A stretch of DNA of 61,019 nucleotides, counting the filler, from Stramenopiles sp. TOSAG23-3 (taxonomy: Eukaryota): the NCBI GenBank assembly GCA_900128585.1. It is 16 parts of 16 records of this genome, joined end to end, with 100 filler letters (N's around TTAATTAATTAA, not from the genome) between each part and the next. Parts side by side here need not be neighbours in the genome. Positions count along the whole stretch, not along the records: positions 30,610 to 34,327 come from LT644104.1; positions 34,428 to 38,144 come from LT644105.1; positions 38,245 to 41,960 come from LT644106.1; 13 more parts are not named here. One strand, written 5' to 3'. Positions 30,610-42,060 of the stretch are shown piece after piece. A program made the translations under genes and the position numbers. Every line of letters begins with the position of its first letter. The stretch's first letter is position 1. Below the pieces are notes generated by a model, which was not told the DNA's origin, did no database searches, and was given only the letters and a program-made list of their open reading frames with translations.

Positions 30610-31418
30610 CCCATCCGGTCAAAGACGTTTGCTGTCCACTCGTGGCCACCAATGGGGTGTTGTGGGTCGTCGAAGTATGCGTCGGTGCCTATTCTTTCGA
30701 TAAATTCTTTCAACTTTCCAAGTTCCATTTGAACCATGTCATTCCCGTATCGCAAGCTTGCAATCCCGCCTGAACCCCCCTTCCTTGACCTGTACGTTCG
30801 AGGGCTGCCTTTGGGAAGCAAAAAGTTTTTGATACTTTCTTCCTTGCGCCATTCTCTTGCAGGCAGGTCAATGTGAACAGATTTTGTGCCGTCGGCCCCC
30901 AGTGTCTCCGCAACGGCGGGGTCCAGAGTCTTGAACTTAAAACGGGACGCCCTGACGTTCTTCCTGTGCTCTTCGGATAGTATGAACGCCGAGTACCCTG
31001 CGTTTGACTTGGACTTGGTTACAAAAGAAATATTGTTTGGCTGTGTCCATTCCCGCACTGAAGGAGCAACGTTTTTTGGGGGTTTTCTGGGGATTCGAGG
31101 GTGTACTACACTGTCTAAGTGGGGCAAGCTCGGTGGAACAAAGCTGGTTTTTGCACCTCGTTTTTGTAGCCCCTCCACGGCAGGGCTGTAATTTCTCCCG
31201 ATGCGGTCTGAGGGCCCAATGTAATATTTATCATCGGTCTTGTTTAATGCAATTATTGACGGTACTGTTGCACTCCTATATTGTTTTTTACGCGATAAGG
31301 ATGATATTGGCTTCAAGCGTATCTTGCTAGACGATTTAATCGGCGATACGTTCAATTTTCTCGACCCGGCCGTTGTCCCTAATTTATTGGCGGCGGTGCC
31401 CTTGTCCGTGGAAGCCAT
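30610..31418 (-). CDS. Hypothetical protein, N-terminal fragment
   Basis: ATG at 31418 (MASTDK), open to the contig edge. Confidence 0.6.
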
Positions 31419-32248
31419 TAGTTGCACCGGGCAGAAACCAGCGAAACCAGATACGAACCGAGATCTTCAAGTTCTAAGTTGAAAGGTCAATGCTATGAAA
31501 TTGTTTAAAAAAATGCGGGGGTGGAGGTGTGAATATTTCCGGCCGTCTCAACTTTTCTCTTCCTCGAAGCCTAAAATTTTCTGAAACAATTATCGATGGA
31601 GCGTTTATTGCCGCAGTTTTAAAATTGTTCTTCTTGTGTCCTTGTGTCGTCAGTATTTTAAATCAATCAATAATGTATTTAATTTTTTAAAAAAGTTTAA
31701 AAAAATATAATAATATAACTATAAAAAATTTCATTTTTTTGTATTTATTATTAGCTCTACAGTATTATTTATTGATTTGATCAAGAAGAACTGTGAACTG
31801 CTAGACGGCTACTATTATACCTTGGTAATCTAATATAATTTAAAATATAAAGGAGTAGCAATAATAATAAAGGGGGGGGAAATCCGTTGCTCATATATTA
31901 GTCTATTATTATACTGTTTAAAAACTGGTATTAATACCCGTACCCGTACCTGTATCATCATCCCTAACCATAACCCTACTTCACATTACAGAACGAACAA
32001 TCATTTAAAATTAAATAATAACTGATAGTAATTTGATTTTGATCTGCTTCAAGGTCAAAAATAAGTCACCCTATTACAATAGTACCATTATATATTATAC
32101 AAGTACGCGTATGTAGTCAAAAAAGTGGATGGTACAAATAGTACAAAATTATTTTCTAAATATGATAGATATATATTATTAATAAAGAAAATGCCATCAT
32201 CTTTATTTAATGTGTTCCATTATTTTGTTTCAAGGGTGTATGATTTGG

Positions 32249-33382
32249 TTATCCACAAAAAAGTTCCATGAAAAACGCAGAAAAACTATCCCCACCATCA
32301 TCACTGGGCACGTCTGAATCACTATCAAAATCGGCTTCCAATATGTCTATTGCCTCAAAGTATTTCATGGTCATGGCCATTTTTAACGCCGATTTCCCCC
32401 GGCTATCACGAAGCGCCAATAGCTTCCTCCCCCCTCCAAACTTCTTTACCAAATAAGGAAGCAAATGTGTCTGCTTATGAAGAACTGCTGTATGGACTAA
32501 ATGCGTACCATCACTTGGCGCTCTAAATTCTCTTGAATTTATCTTGTTTTGCCTGTACATGTACTTTACAATTTTTAAAGATGCACCACCAGCAACAGCG
32601 CACATTATTGGCAGCCAACCGTATTCTGCTCCAGCCTGGTTCAACGCCCCTTCACTGTCGCTCGTATTACCAAATAGTCTCAGTAATCGAACAACGTGTT
32701 TCGAGGAAGTTTTCTGCCATTTGGCTGGACATTTCTCATGAAGACTGTTGACCATTCCAGAACTAATGTCCTCTTTGACTAAGGCTCTAATGTACGATTT
32801 GATCGTGTCCACAGGATGCAGCAGCATTTCTCGCGACTTTTCGTCGCTTGCAACACACAGAGGGCTCTGGCCTCTTTTATTGAGAGCAAAATTGTTCCAT
32901 TGGCCAGTTGCAACCGTCAGATTTGCATATCGGAAACCAAATTCGTACAACAAGTACGGTATGAGTTCATGCTTACCGGTGGATTTCGCCTGGCAGGATG
33001 AAAGGTGTAGTAAGTTCATTCCAAATTGGTTATCCCGCCACTTCATCGAGTACTCGTGGCTGAGGGAAAACATGAATTCGACGACGTCCAAAGTACTCCC
33101 AAAATAAATTGCATTTGCAATAGGTATGTTTCCGAGATTTGGCTCACAGACAAGCAGCGGACCGTTCAAGGGAGGCATTGCCTCGTCGTCCGCGACGTTT
33201 TTCTTCCGTTTGGCCGCGTATTGCTGTTTCTTCAAAAGATTTTCAATGTGCGAGGCCGGGGTGATCCGCCATTTTGAAACGCTGAACTCCCATAAATTAT
33301 CTATATACCCCTCTTTGGTCCCCCGCCCAATCGCCAACTCCAAATGTTCACAGGTTTCTTCTCCAGGGGTATTATCTTCCAT
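32249..33382 (-). CDS. Degenerate ankyrin-repeat protein
   Basis: GMNLLHLS, NKRGQSPLCVA, GWLPIMCAV, GTHLVHTAV, DSRGKSALKMA. Confidence 0.75.
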   Translation of the reverse strand: MEDNTPGEETCEHLELAIGRGTKEGYIDNLWEFSVSKWRITPASHIENLLKKQQYAAKRKKNVADDEAMPPLNGPLLVCEPNLGNIPIANAIYFGSTLDVVEFMFSLSHEYSMKWRDNQFGMNLLHLSSCQAKSTGKHELIPYLLYEFGFRYANLTVATGQWNNFALNKRGQSPLCVASDEKSREMLLHPVDTIKSYIRALVKEDISSGMVNSLHEKCPAKWQKTSSKHVVRLLRLFGNTSDSEGALNQAGAEYGWLPIMCAVAGGASLKIVKYMYRQNKINSREFRAPSDGTHLVHTAVLHKQTHLLPYLVKKFGGGRKLLALRDSRGKSALKMAMTMKYFEAIDILEADFDSDSDVPSDDGGDSFSAFFMELFCG

Positions 33383-34448
33383 CTATTATACAAAGTATCA
33401 AAAAGACTACGGTTTGTCTTTGATCTAATAAATAAATTAAAATTCAATTTGCTTTTAAAAAATGTATATATTCCAATTAATTCTTTTTAAAAAATTGATG
33501 TCGTTTTTCTTCCATTCAATTCATTCATCAAAATATAAAATATATATGACATCCTTCTTTCTCTAACATCAAACAAATAATAATTCGACAATAATTTTTT
33601 TGTTTTTTAAATTGGATATTATATGCTGCTGTGTGTCCTCGTATTCTTTCCTCTTATTCATAAACGATTGACTGACTGGCCACTGACTGACTATGCACGT
33701 CGTTACTGTATAATAGCTTATTAATTTATCTGGATTTCATTGTTAATTGTTGTTTGTATTTTAAATAGCTAATAAGAATACGAGGCCAAAATGACTACTA
33801 TGTACATTAGTAGAACGACTATTTATTAATAAATACATAAATAAAGATTGGGAATAATCGTACCTTCTATCCTATTATAAGGCTGTTAAATATGAAAAGT
33901 TGAGTTACGAAGTGACTTGCATTATAGCAGTTACAGTTCTCCAATTTTTTATTTTTTCAGTAGAGATAATTATTTATCAATGGTATGTCTATGTTAAAAA
34001 AGAAAAGAAAAAAGAAAAGAAAAAAGAAGAAGAAAGAAGAAAGAAGAAAGAAGAAAGAAGAAAAGAAGAAAGAAGTAAGAAGAAAGAAGAAGAAAGTGTG
34101 GTAAGTTATTGACAACTATTTTTTTTATAATAAAGTTCTTTCGTTCTTTTTTTCTTATTATTTATTATTAAATAATCATCTCATTAAAATTTATGGGGAA
34201 AGCATTTCGTCTTTCTTCTATCTCTTATTTGGATGTTAGGTATTAGGTGGATGGGTGGAAGATATTTTATACACTGATTTTAGGGTTTAGTTTAGGCGCA
34301 GGTGTTCATTGTTTGTAATACTAATATNNNNNNNNNNNNNNNNNNNNNNNNNNNNNNNNNNNNNNNNNNNNTTAATTAATTAANNNNNNNNNNNNNNNNN
34401 NNNNNNNNNNNNNNNNNNNNNNNNNNNGTCCGTCATACTTCTATAATT

Positions 34449-35126
34449 ATGTTCTCCATGAAGAAAGTCGTAGTGGCAGTTTGCCTTCTGTGCCTTTTGC
34501 AGGCTTCCCTTGGTTTGCGACTTCGCGGTCCGGCTGGTGAAGCTGGGGCGACGGGGGGGAGTGGGGCATCGGGCCCTGCGGATTCTAGTAGTAGTGGTGC
34601 TGAAGGTGCGAGTGGGGGTGCGATGAACACCGCGGCGCTTGCCAAGTTGCTCCAAGGATTAGCCAAGAAAGTTGAAGGTAAAGAGAAGGGCATGAGCGGA
34701 CCCGCGTCTGGGCTCGTTGGAGCCATTGTTCATAGTGTGCGTGTGATGGGACGCCGCCACTCCGCCAAATTGACAATGAAAGAAATCATTGCCGCCTTGC
34801 AGAAAAAGAAGCAGGCCAAGAAGCCAAAGGTGTCATTGTCCCAGGTACTAGACGCGTTCCGGCTACCACCCCGCGTGCCGAAGAAAAAGAAAGACCCAAA
34901 GCCGGCTCTCGTGAAACGCATTATGCAGGTTGACGCGACCATTGACAAGTTGAAAAATATGTTGGAAGGTGACGAAAAGAAAAACGCGGCTGCGGAGGAG
35001 ACTAGCCAAGAGTTAAAGTCTAGAGAGATGCTTGAGGGATTGCCGGATATGAAGCCCGAGGAATCGACCCTACCGAAACCAATCGCCGTCCCATTGCCCA
35101 AAGCAGTGGCCCCAGTCCGAGCTTAA
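34449..35126 (+). CDS. Secreted hypothetical protein
   Basis: Signal peptide MKKVVVAVCLLCLLQASLG followed by a Gly/Ala/Ser-rich stretch. Confidence 0.7.
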   Translation: MFSMKKVVVAVCLLCLLQASLGLRLRGPAGEAGATGGSGASGPADSSSSGAEGASGGAMNTAALAKLLQGLAKKVEGKEKGMSGPASGLVGAIVHSVRVMGRRHSAKLTMKEIIAALQKKKQAKKPKVSLSQVLDAFRLPPRVPKKKKDPKPALVKRIMQVDATIDKLKNMLEGDEKKNAAAEETSQELKSREMLEGLPDMKPEESTLPKPIAVPLPKAVAPVRA

Positions 35127-35466
35127 CTCGCTGCTGAATTTGGCAGATGATGGTAAATTGGGCATCGTCGGGTACGTAGTAGTAGTGTTTTCGTTTTTTA
35201 CAACCAAATTAAAAAACCACACACAGTACATCATTTTTTAAAACACATTTTATTTACCCTCTGAAACAACGCTCGTAAAATAAAGAGAGAATGTACCCGA
35301 CGATAAAAATAAATTCAATTCTTAAAGCGCACATAATATTGCACTCTACTGTAAAAAAGGTTCGAGCGTGTGAGCTTAAAAGTGTTGCTTATTTGAAAAG
35401 TTCTCCAACCTGCCTCCGGCCCAACGTTTCTGTTCCTTTTCATTGGGAAAGGAAGGCGGGCGTCAT

Positions 35467-38049
35467 TTATAATTCGTACGATTCAAAGAAACGGTACGCG
35501 TTCAATTCCACGGCCGAGAATGCGGCAGCCAATTCTTTTCTGCTGGCTGGCGTGCTCCCAGGAGCAGATTCTGAACCGTCGCCGCCCAGCATTTCCAGGC
35601 TTTTTATCATGGACTTGATAAAATCGTCCATGATCCGGAGCTTCAAAGGGCACGGCAGGGTCGGCGCTAATTTCCACCCATCCGGAAGGATGTCTTCTAT
35701 CGTACGCAGCATGCCCAGCGTGTTTCGTCCATGCTGAGTCGACCAAGTAACGCCATCGACGCACGATTCCAGAACACCGTGAGAATAGGGGCCCTTCCCT
35801 TGAAGAAGCGCCCGCAGGTCCTGTTCCACGGCAGCCAACCGGGCGTCTTTGGGCGAACGATCCGAACTTGACCAATGCGCGCTTTCATTCGCGAGCTTCG
35901 ACAGGCGAAGGTGGATGCCACGGTTCGCGTCCGGGTGCTTCCTCAGCGTCTCGTCGTTTGCTAAAATCAAGTACCGCGCCAGGAACGGTGCTTCGAGCAA
36001 AGACGCAGACTGCTCGCCGGTCTCTTCGTGGGTGACGCTCAAGAAGTTGGGGCGCCTGCACATGGACAGGTCGAACCGTTTAATTTCTCGAAAATGGTTA
36101 CGAGGTTCCTCGCCTCTGTGGCGAACTTCCCAGCAAGCAATGGCCACGAAGTGCTTGGCGCCGGACACGTACACTTCCGTCTTTATCTTTATCGAAGCGT
36201 TGTCGTCGTTTCTTTGAACTCGGCTCGTGGACAGCCTCGTTTCAACACGGCCCGCATCGTTCTTGGGGTTGCCTTTGGAATCGTCGGGCACAACGAACAC
36301 CGACGGGCTGTAAACCGTAGCCTTAGGGTCGTAGTCCCCCGAAACGGAAAATGTACAGGTCAGAATGATGCACCCGGGAGTGAAGCTGTGGCACAAATCC
36401 GTGCACGACACGTTCACCGCATCCTTTGCACTCCCCGCTTTCGCCCCCTTGCTATTTCTCTCTGAAATGATCCGCTTGAACTGCTTCACTTTCAACGTTT
36501 GATCGTCGAACGTCGCCTTCGCCGCCGCCATCGATTTTTCGTAGCTTTTTTGCCGCTCGTTTAGGGCTTTGGTGATGCGCTGAAAATGCTCGTTCTTAAG
36601 TCTATTCGCAGCCGCGTCTTTCCCCGATGCTCCGGCCTGCTGAGCCGCTCGCCCCGTTCCGTTTCCCGCCTCTTTGGACGCCCTCTGCTTGGCCCCCTTC
36701 TTCTTCCTCTTTTTCGAACCGGGCTTGCCTGGGTTGGCCTTGGGGGACTGGACGATCGCCGTTCCAGAGCTCGACAGGGACATCCGCCTCGCCAACGAAA
36801 CCAGGGGAAGGTCCATGTCGTCCCGAAAAATAACCAACTGCTCTCCGCCGTCGCACAGGTAGTCGTCTGCGGCGAAGCCCGTGGCGTTTTCGTACGATTC
36901 CAGTAAGACCAAAGACAACGTGCTTTGCTCGCACGAGGTTTGGAACAGCACACAGTCCCTTTTGGTGTCAATGTGCGCGGCAACAATAACGTCTGGAGAA
37001 TAACCCTGAAATGTGCACAAATTACACGCGTTTCCTGAAAGCTTCACCGAGGACGACGCAATGCCCTGGTGGATCCGCATCAAATAAAACGCGGTGCCTC
37101 CCTCCGGGACTGCCTCTATGCCCTCTTCAAACCCATCGCGGGACTCCACGCACGCAAAAACTTCAAAATTGTTCACGGCGCTGAAAAGTGGGTTGCCCGA
37201 CGGACCCACAAAAGAGCCGTTTCCCCCGTAGCCGCTTAAATTGTAGCACAAGCACGTCGTGTCCTTTGCGTACTTTGGCGGGAAGAGGTAGGGGGCTGCG
37301 TCGGCGTCTAACTCTGAACGCTGGGACAGGATGCCCACACAAAACTCCCCGTCCAGTACAAAAATGCTTATCGGGGCCAGCCGCGAGCTGGCTGCGGTCT
37401 CCACCAGTCGAAACGATTCAACGTCCGGCAAACAATACTCGTGCCCTTTCCACGAATCAGACGGTGCCCCATCGCTGGCATAGACGGGGAACTCCCCCCT
37501 GTCCGCCGCGGCGTTCAAATTGCTCTCCACCCCAGTGGCAGAAATGGCAAGAACTTGCTGCGACCCGGCACCGCCCCCCTCTGCGTGCCCAGCCACGTGA
37601 ACGACCACCACGGGCCCGTCTACCAGGTCGGTGCGCACGCCCGGCGCGCGGTTGTCTCGACCAAGAAACGAAGATCCGACGGTTACGTCAAACTCTTCCG
37701 CAAACACGCAATTTTTGCTGTTGTACTCTGTGATCGTAACGAACCGAACGTGTTTGGACCCCTTTTCGATGCCATCCCGTGACAGGACCACGCCCAGGCA
37801 CGGGATGCCCAGCGTGTAGTCTTCGACGCAACGAAAGTCCACGATGTCCCATTCGGAATGCTCCGGCAGCTTTTTGCTGTCCAACGGCGTTAGTGCAAAC
37901 ACAATTGGAGGCTTCGACAAGAAACGATCCGGAGTCTTTTTTCCCGTGACAAACTTTGCACCGCGTAAGAACAGCTTGTCCGTCCCATCGACACAACTAC
38001 AAATCAACTGAAAGAGTTTGCCAGTGCCCCCCGTAACTGTTCGAGCCAT
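35467..38049 (-). CDS. FANCB-like protein (Fanconi anaemia core complex)
   Basis: LVDGPVVV and DDYLCDGGEQLVIF resemble recalled FANCB motifs (LDGP; DDFxGxGxEQVLL); beta-rich N-part, coiled coil, then beta-sandwich-like region. Confidence 0.55.
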   Translation of the reverse strand: MARTVTGGTGKLFQLICSCVDGTDKLFLRGAKFVTGKKTPDRFLSKPPIVFALTPLDSKKLPEHSEWDIVDFRCVEDYTLGIPCLGVVLSRDGIEKGSKHVRFVTITEYNSKNCVFAEEFDVTVGSSFLGRDNRAPGVRTDLVDGPVVVVHVAGHAEGGGAGSQQVLAISATGVESNLNAAADRGEFPVYASDGAPSDSWKGHEYCLPDVESFRLVETAASSRLAPISIFVLDGEFCVGILSQRSELDADAAPYLFPPKYAKDTTCLCYNLSGYGGNGSFVGPSGNPLFSAVNNFEVFACVESRDGFEEGIEAVPEGGTAFYLMRIHQGIASSSVKLSGNACNLCTFQGYSPDVIVAAHIDTKRDCVLFQTSCEQSTLSLVLLESYENATGFAADDYLCDGGEQLVIFRDDMDLPLVSLARRMSLSSSGTAIVQSPKANPGKPGSKKRKKKGAKQRASKEAGNGTGRAAQQAGASGKDAAANRLKNEHFQRITKALNERQKSYEKSMAAAKATFDDQTLKVKQFKRIISERNSKGAKAGSAKDAVNVSCTDLCHSFTPGCIILTCTFSVSGDYDPKATVYSPSVFVVPDDSKGNPKNDAGRVETRLSTSRVQRNDDNASIKIKTEVYVSGAKHFVAIACWEVRHRGEEPRNHFREIKRFDLSMCRRPNFLSVTHEETGEQSASLLEAPFLARYLILANDETLRKHPDANRGIHLRLSKLANESAHWSSSDRSPKDARLAAVEQDLRALLQGKGPYSHGVLESCVDGVTWSTQHGRNTLGMLRTIEDILPDGWKLAPTLPCPLKLRIMDDFIKSMIKSLEMLGGDGSESAPGSTPASRKELAAAFSAVELNAYRFFESYEL

Positions 38050-38246
38050 GAAATCCACAAACCCAAAGCCTGCAAAAGGCACAGAAGGCAAACTGCCACT
38101 ACGACTTTCTTCATGGAGAACATAATTATAGAAGTATGACGGACNNNNNNNNNNNNNNNNNNNNNNNNNNNNNNNNNNNNNNNNNNNNTTAATTAATTAA
38201 NNNNNNNNNNNNNNNNNNNNNNNNNNNNNNNNNNNNNNNNNNNNTT

Positions 38247-39641
38247 GAAGACGTCCCTTGGGGGGAAATATTGTCTGCGCGTCCCGTATGGGCGTTAGGG
38301 GTCGCGAAGTTTGGGTTTTACTATTCGTTTTTTCTGGTAGTGACTTGGCTACCGTCGTATTTGCACGAGATGGGAATGAACGAGCACACCTCCGCCTACA
38401 TGAGCGCCGTCCCGTTTGCGGTTACCGTCCCGTTTGTGGTAATATTCGGCGTGATAGCGAACAACATGATGGCAAACAATTTCTCAAAAGCGTTTACTAG
38501 GAAACTTCTCGGAGGCATATGTTTTTCGGCGAATGCAATATGTTTTTACATTTTAACGAAAATTCCAGTGGGCAAGCCTTGGCCTGCGTTCAACGTTGTG
38601 GTAGTTATGTATGCGCTCAACGCGAGTTTTATCGCTGGGGTGGCAGTCAATGTGATCGACATTGGCGCAAAGTATGCCGGCAGCATCATGGCACTGACTC
38701 ATATTTTTGCGACGGGGGCTGGGTTTTTGTCTTCCGTCGTCACGGGGATGCTGGTGACAAGGAAAGGACATTACGAGAACGCATTTATGGTGGCCTGCGC
38801 CGTGAACGTTGTCTCGCTGATTTCCTACATGTTCTTCAGTGCGTTCGATGCTATTTTTCCCGCCGAAGAAATCGACCACAAGTCCAACTTGCCCCAGAAA
38901 GTGAAAGACTTTGCGAAAACGTCAGTATGGCAGTACTGGCCAAGGCGCTGGAACATAATGCTTTTCGCGTTTATGGCGGACCTTATCTGCTACATGGACC
39001 GGGCGAACATCTCGGCGACCATGATCCCCATGGCCAAAAAGTATGGGTGGTCGAAACAGTTCGAAGGCATCTGCTTTGGGGTCTTTTTTCTTGGCTTAAT
39101 GTCCTCCCACCTGGTCGGCGGTTACTTGTCCGATCGGTACGGCGCCAAGAATGTTTTGATTTTCGGCGTGATCTGGTGGTCGCTGTTTACGATTTTAACC
39201 CCGCCCAGTGCAGTGCATCCGTGGCTGATCGTGCTTGTTCGGTTTTTGATGGGAACCGGGGAAGGTGTAAATTTTCCGGCGGTATACAGCTTGTTTTCAG
39301 AATGGTTCCCAGACGATGAAGAGAACGTGCTGGTCACATTTACCGAGAACGGAGTGTACGTCGGCATCGTGATAGCCATGCTCTGCGTCCCGTTCATTGA
39401 GTTTCACATGGGCTGGGAACCTGTGTTTTACATTTTTGGTTCACTAGGGTTTGTCTGGGCCGCCTTATTCGCAGTGTACGGCGGGTCAACCCCACGCGAT
39501 CTTTGTTGGGACGGCAAAGAGTGCACGGAGGACCAATTGACAGGTCAAATGGACCCAATGGAGGTAGAATACATTGAAGCGACGCGGTCGAAAGGGCCTG
39601 ATAAGCAGGTCAAAGGCATGGCTAACAAGAAGGTCGACTGA
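38247..39641 (+). CDS. SLC17/ACS-family MFS anion transporter with inverted half order; 5'-truncated
   Basis: C-half motifs VPWGEILSARPVWAL, WLPSYL, DIGAKYAG come first; N-half motifs ICYMDRANIS, GGYLSDRYGAK, RFLMGTGEGVNFP, GWEPVFYIFG follow. Confidence 0.88.
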   Translation, partial: EDVPWGEILSARPVWALGVAKFGFYYSFFLVVTWLPSYLHEMGMNEHTSAYMSAVPFAVTVPFVVIFGVIANNMMANNFSKAFTRKLLGGICFSANAICFYILTKIPVGKPWPAFNVVVVMYALNASFIAGVAVNVIDIGAKYAGSIMALTHIFATGAGFLSSVVTGMLVTRKGHYENAFMVACAVNVVSLISYMFFSAFDAIFPAEEIDHKSNLPQKVKDFAKTSVWQYWPRRWNIMLFAFMADLICYMDRANISATMIPMAKKYGWSKQFEGICFGVFFLGLMSSHLVGGYLSDRYGAKNVLIFGVIWWSLFTILTPPSAVHPWLIVLVRFLMGTGEGVNFPAVYSLFSEWFPDDEENVLVTFTENGVYVGIVIAMLCVPFIEFHMGWEPVFYIFGSLGFVWAALFAVYGGSTPRDLCWDGKECTEDQLTGQMDPMEVEYIEATRSKGPDKQVKGMANKKVD

Positions 39642-40136
39642 GCCGCTGGTATCCTTACATGGTATATTTCAATGCGCCGAAATAAAGGATCGTGGAGATA
39701 TAAATTATTATTAATATTATAATCATTATTTCTTCTTTTTGTTGTTATGATGATGTCAGAATTCAGAAGAACAGAACACATTACATTTTAGAAGGATATG
39801 AACGTTGATAAATACCTATTTAATTTATGTATACTTATATTATAGTTATATTTTACAAGAGGAAATGAGTTATTTCGAATCAAACCAATTATTATTTATG
39901 GATAAGGTCAGTAGCCATATTATTATTATAATTTAAAAACTCAACTTCCTGGTGGTGGTATTAATATTAATACCAACGTACGAAGAGAACGTAGTGTTTA
40001 AAAATTCTCCACCAGAAAAGAAAAAAGAAAAAGAAAGAATGCAACTGCCAAAAAAAAATTTATAAAATAAAACAAGAAAAGAGGAGAAGAAAAAATGAAA
40101 TAAGAAGAACAACAACAAAGAAAGAACGAAAGAAAA

Positions 40137-40180
<44 letters not shown>

Positions 40181-40542
40181 ACACAAATGTAAGGTTAGTT
40201 GTTAGTTTGTTTGTATATTACTTTTTATGCTATAATGTTATCTCATAGGTAATAATTGAAAATAATATATATCGAACTTGTGATGTAATACATAATGCCT
40301 TAATTTATATTATAAAACTTTCCCCACCACCATGTTTTTAAATAATAATAATACTACTGTAATGAAACTCCACTCTTTTGTTGTATCTTTCTATGCATTT
40401 ACGTGAAGGACTAAAACCATTAAATGTAATGGAAAAGAAAAATGAACGTAAATGACCCCTGACTACACAACAACAAAAATCAATTGAGCGACCGAGAAGC
40501 AACGTGCATTTGGTTTTTGGCACTCGTTATAGACTTTGAAGG

Positions 40543-41670
40543 ATGTCCTTCCTGGATGGGATGCCAGTCCTGTATGTACTGTTTTGCCTTCTGGCTGTCC
40601 TGCCAGCTCCCGCCGACTCAAAGATGGGGTCGCCAAAAGTCCCATGCCTGTCTCCCCCAAACAGTATATTGCCGGCTGGCGAATCAATAGTAATCGCGCG
40701 TCTCCTCTCGCGACATCCTTATGCAAGGAAAATGGCCCCGGCCAAGAAAGCCAAGGGGCTCGTTTTTTTCGCTGTGAACTCTGCCCGGGGAAACTCTATT
40801 TTGAGGGACGTCATTCGACGAACCTGGGGTTCGGTGGCACAGCGTTTGGGGATCCAGGTAAAATTTTTCGTCGGTCATTCTGATGAAATGCTCAGTATAG
40901 AAATTGAAAAGGCAAAAAACAACGACGTTGTTGTGTTGGACGTGGACGAGGGTTCGTTTAAAGGGGGTTACAACTTGCTTGCAAGAAAGACCATGTTGGT
41001 GATGAAGTGGGCAGACCGGAACCTCAACAAAAAAACGTCGTTTGTGGTTAAAGTCGACGACGACGTGTATTTTGATGTGGAGGCGTTTGTGGCGAGGGTT
41101 TGGGGTATAAAACGGGCGATGAAGACCCCGGACGAAAAGATTTACTATGGGTACATCAATGAACATTCGGAACCCATTCGGGACCCGTCGTCCAAGTGGT
41201 ATGACCCAGATTTCAAAGCAAGCGTCTACCCCCCTTATGCTGCCGGAATTTTTTACATGCTTTCCATCGATGCCGTGTCGTTCCTAGCAAGAAACAGCCA
41301 ACACCTGAAGCAATGGAGGAACGAAGATGCGTCCATGGGGACATGGCTGTTTGCAACAAATACCAGACGAGTGCATGACCTATGCGTATACCCCAGCCGT
41401 TCGTACCGTTCCGCCAATAACCCCGTCCTGGCACTCCACATGGCCATGAGTACCAACGTGAAGACGAGTGTACGAAAACTGAAAGAAGGCAGTAGAGACT
41501 TTGACATGCTGTTCACGGCATCGCTAATGAATGCAGCTCATAGACACATAGAAGAATTTGGCACCATTTTAGGGGTCTGCCGCGATAGCGTAGGCGTCGT
41601 CGATGAGAGCGCTGAAGCAGAGAACATTGTATACCTGTCGATAGATGAATGGGTCTTGGGAAGGATGTAA
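40543..41670 (+). CDS. Glycosyltransferase family 31 (beta-1,3-galactosyltransferase-like)
   Basis: N-terminal anchor, RDVIRRTWG, KVDDDVY, YPPYAAGIFYMLS, EDASMG. Confidence 0.9.
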   Translation: MSFLDGMPVLYVLFCLLAVLPAPADSKMGSPKVPCLSPPNSILPAGESIVIARLLSRHPYARKMAPAKKAKGLVFFAVNSARGNSILRDVIRRTWGSVAQRLGIQVKFFVGHSDEMLSIEIEKAKNNDVVVLDVDEGSFKGGYNLLARKTMLVMKWADRNLNKKTSFVVKVDDDVYFDVEAFVARVWGIKRAMKTPDEKIYYGYINEHSEPIRDPSSKWYDPDFKASVYPPYAAGIFYMLSIDAVSFLARNSQHLKQWRNEDASMGTWLFATNTRRVHDLCVYPSRSYRSANNPVLALHMAMSTNVKTSVRKLKEGSRDFDMLFTASLMNAAHRHIEEFGTILGVCRDSVGVVDESAEAENIVYLSIDEWVLGRM

Positions 41671-42060
41671 ATTAATTTTTAAATCAAATAATTTTTAAAA
41701 CAAGAAAATTGGCTGTTATTTAAGTAATTAAAATTAATGTACTGCGAACTGAACTCTAGATTTAGAGACGGAATAATTTTAATTTAATCAATTATCATCT
41801 GATTAGGAATTCTTAAGAATTAAGCGACGTATCATGTTAATCATTTAAATAATATTAGTTTTTTATATATATATATTTGTTTGTAGATTACGGAACACAG
41901 CCAGATGCGGAGATACACAGTTATGAGGATTATGATTGGGTTCAGGGTCGTATGGTAGAANNNNNNNNNNNNNNNNNNNNNNNNNNNNNNNNNNNNNNNN
42001 NNNNTTAATTAATTAANNNNNNNNNNNNNNNNNNNNNNNNNNNNNNNNNNNNNNNNNNNN

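Larger units (their letters stand above)
34428..38144. repeat. 79-bp perfect inverted repeat forming both ends of the contig
   Basis: 34428-34506 is the reverse complement of 38066-38144. Confidence 0.95.
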
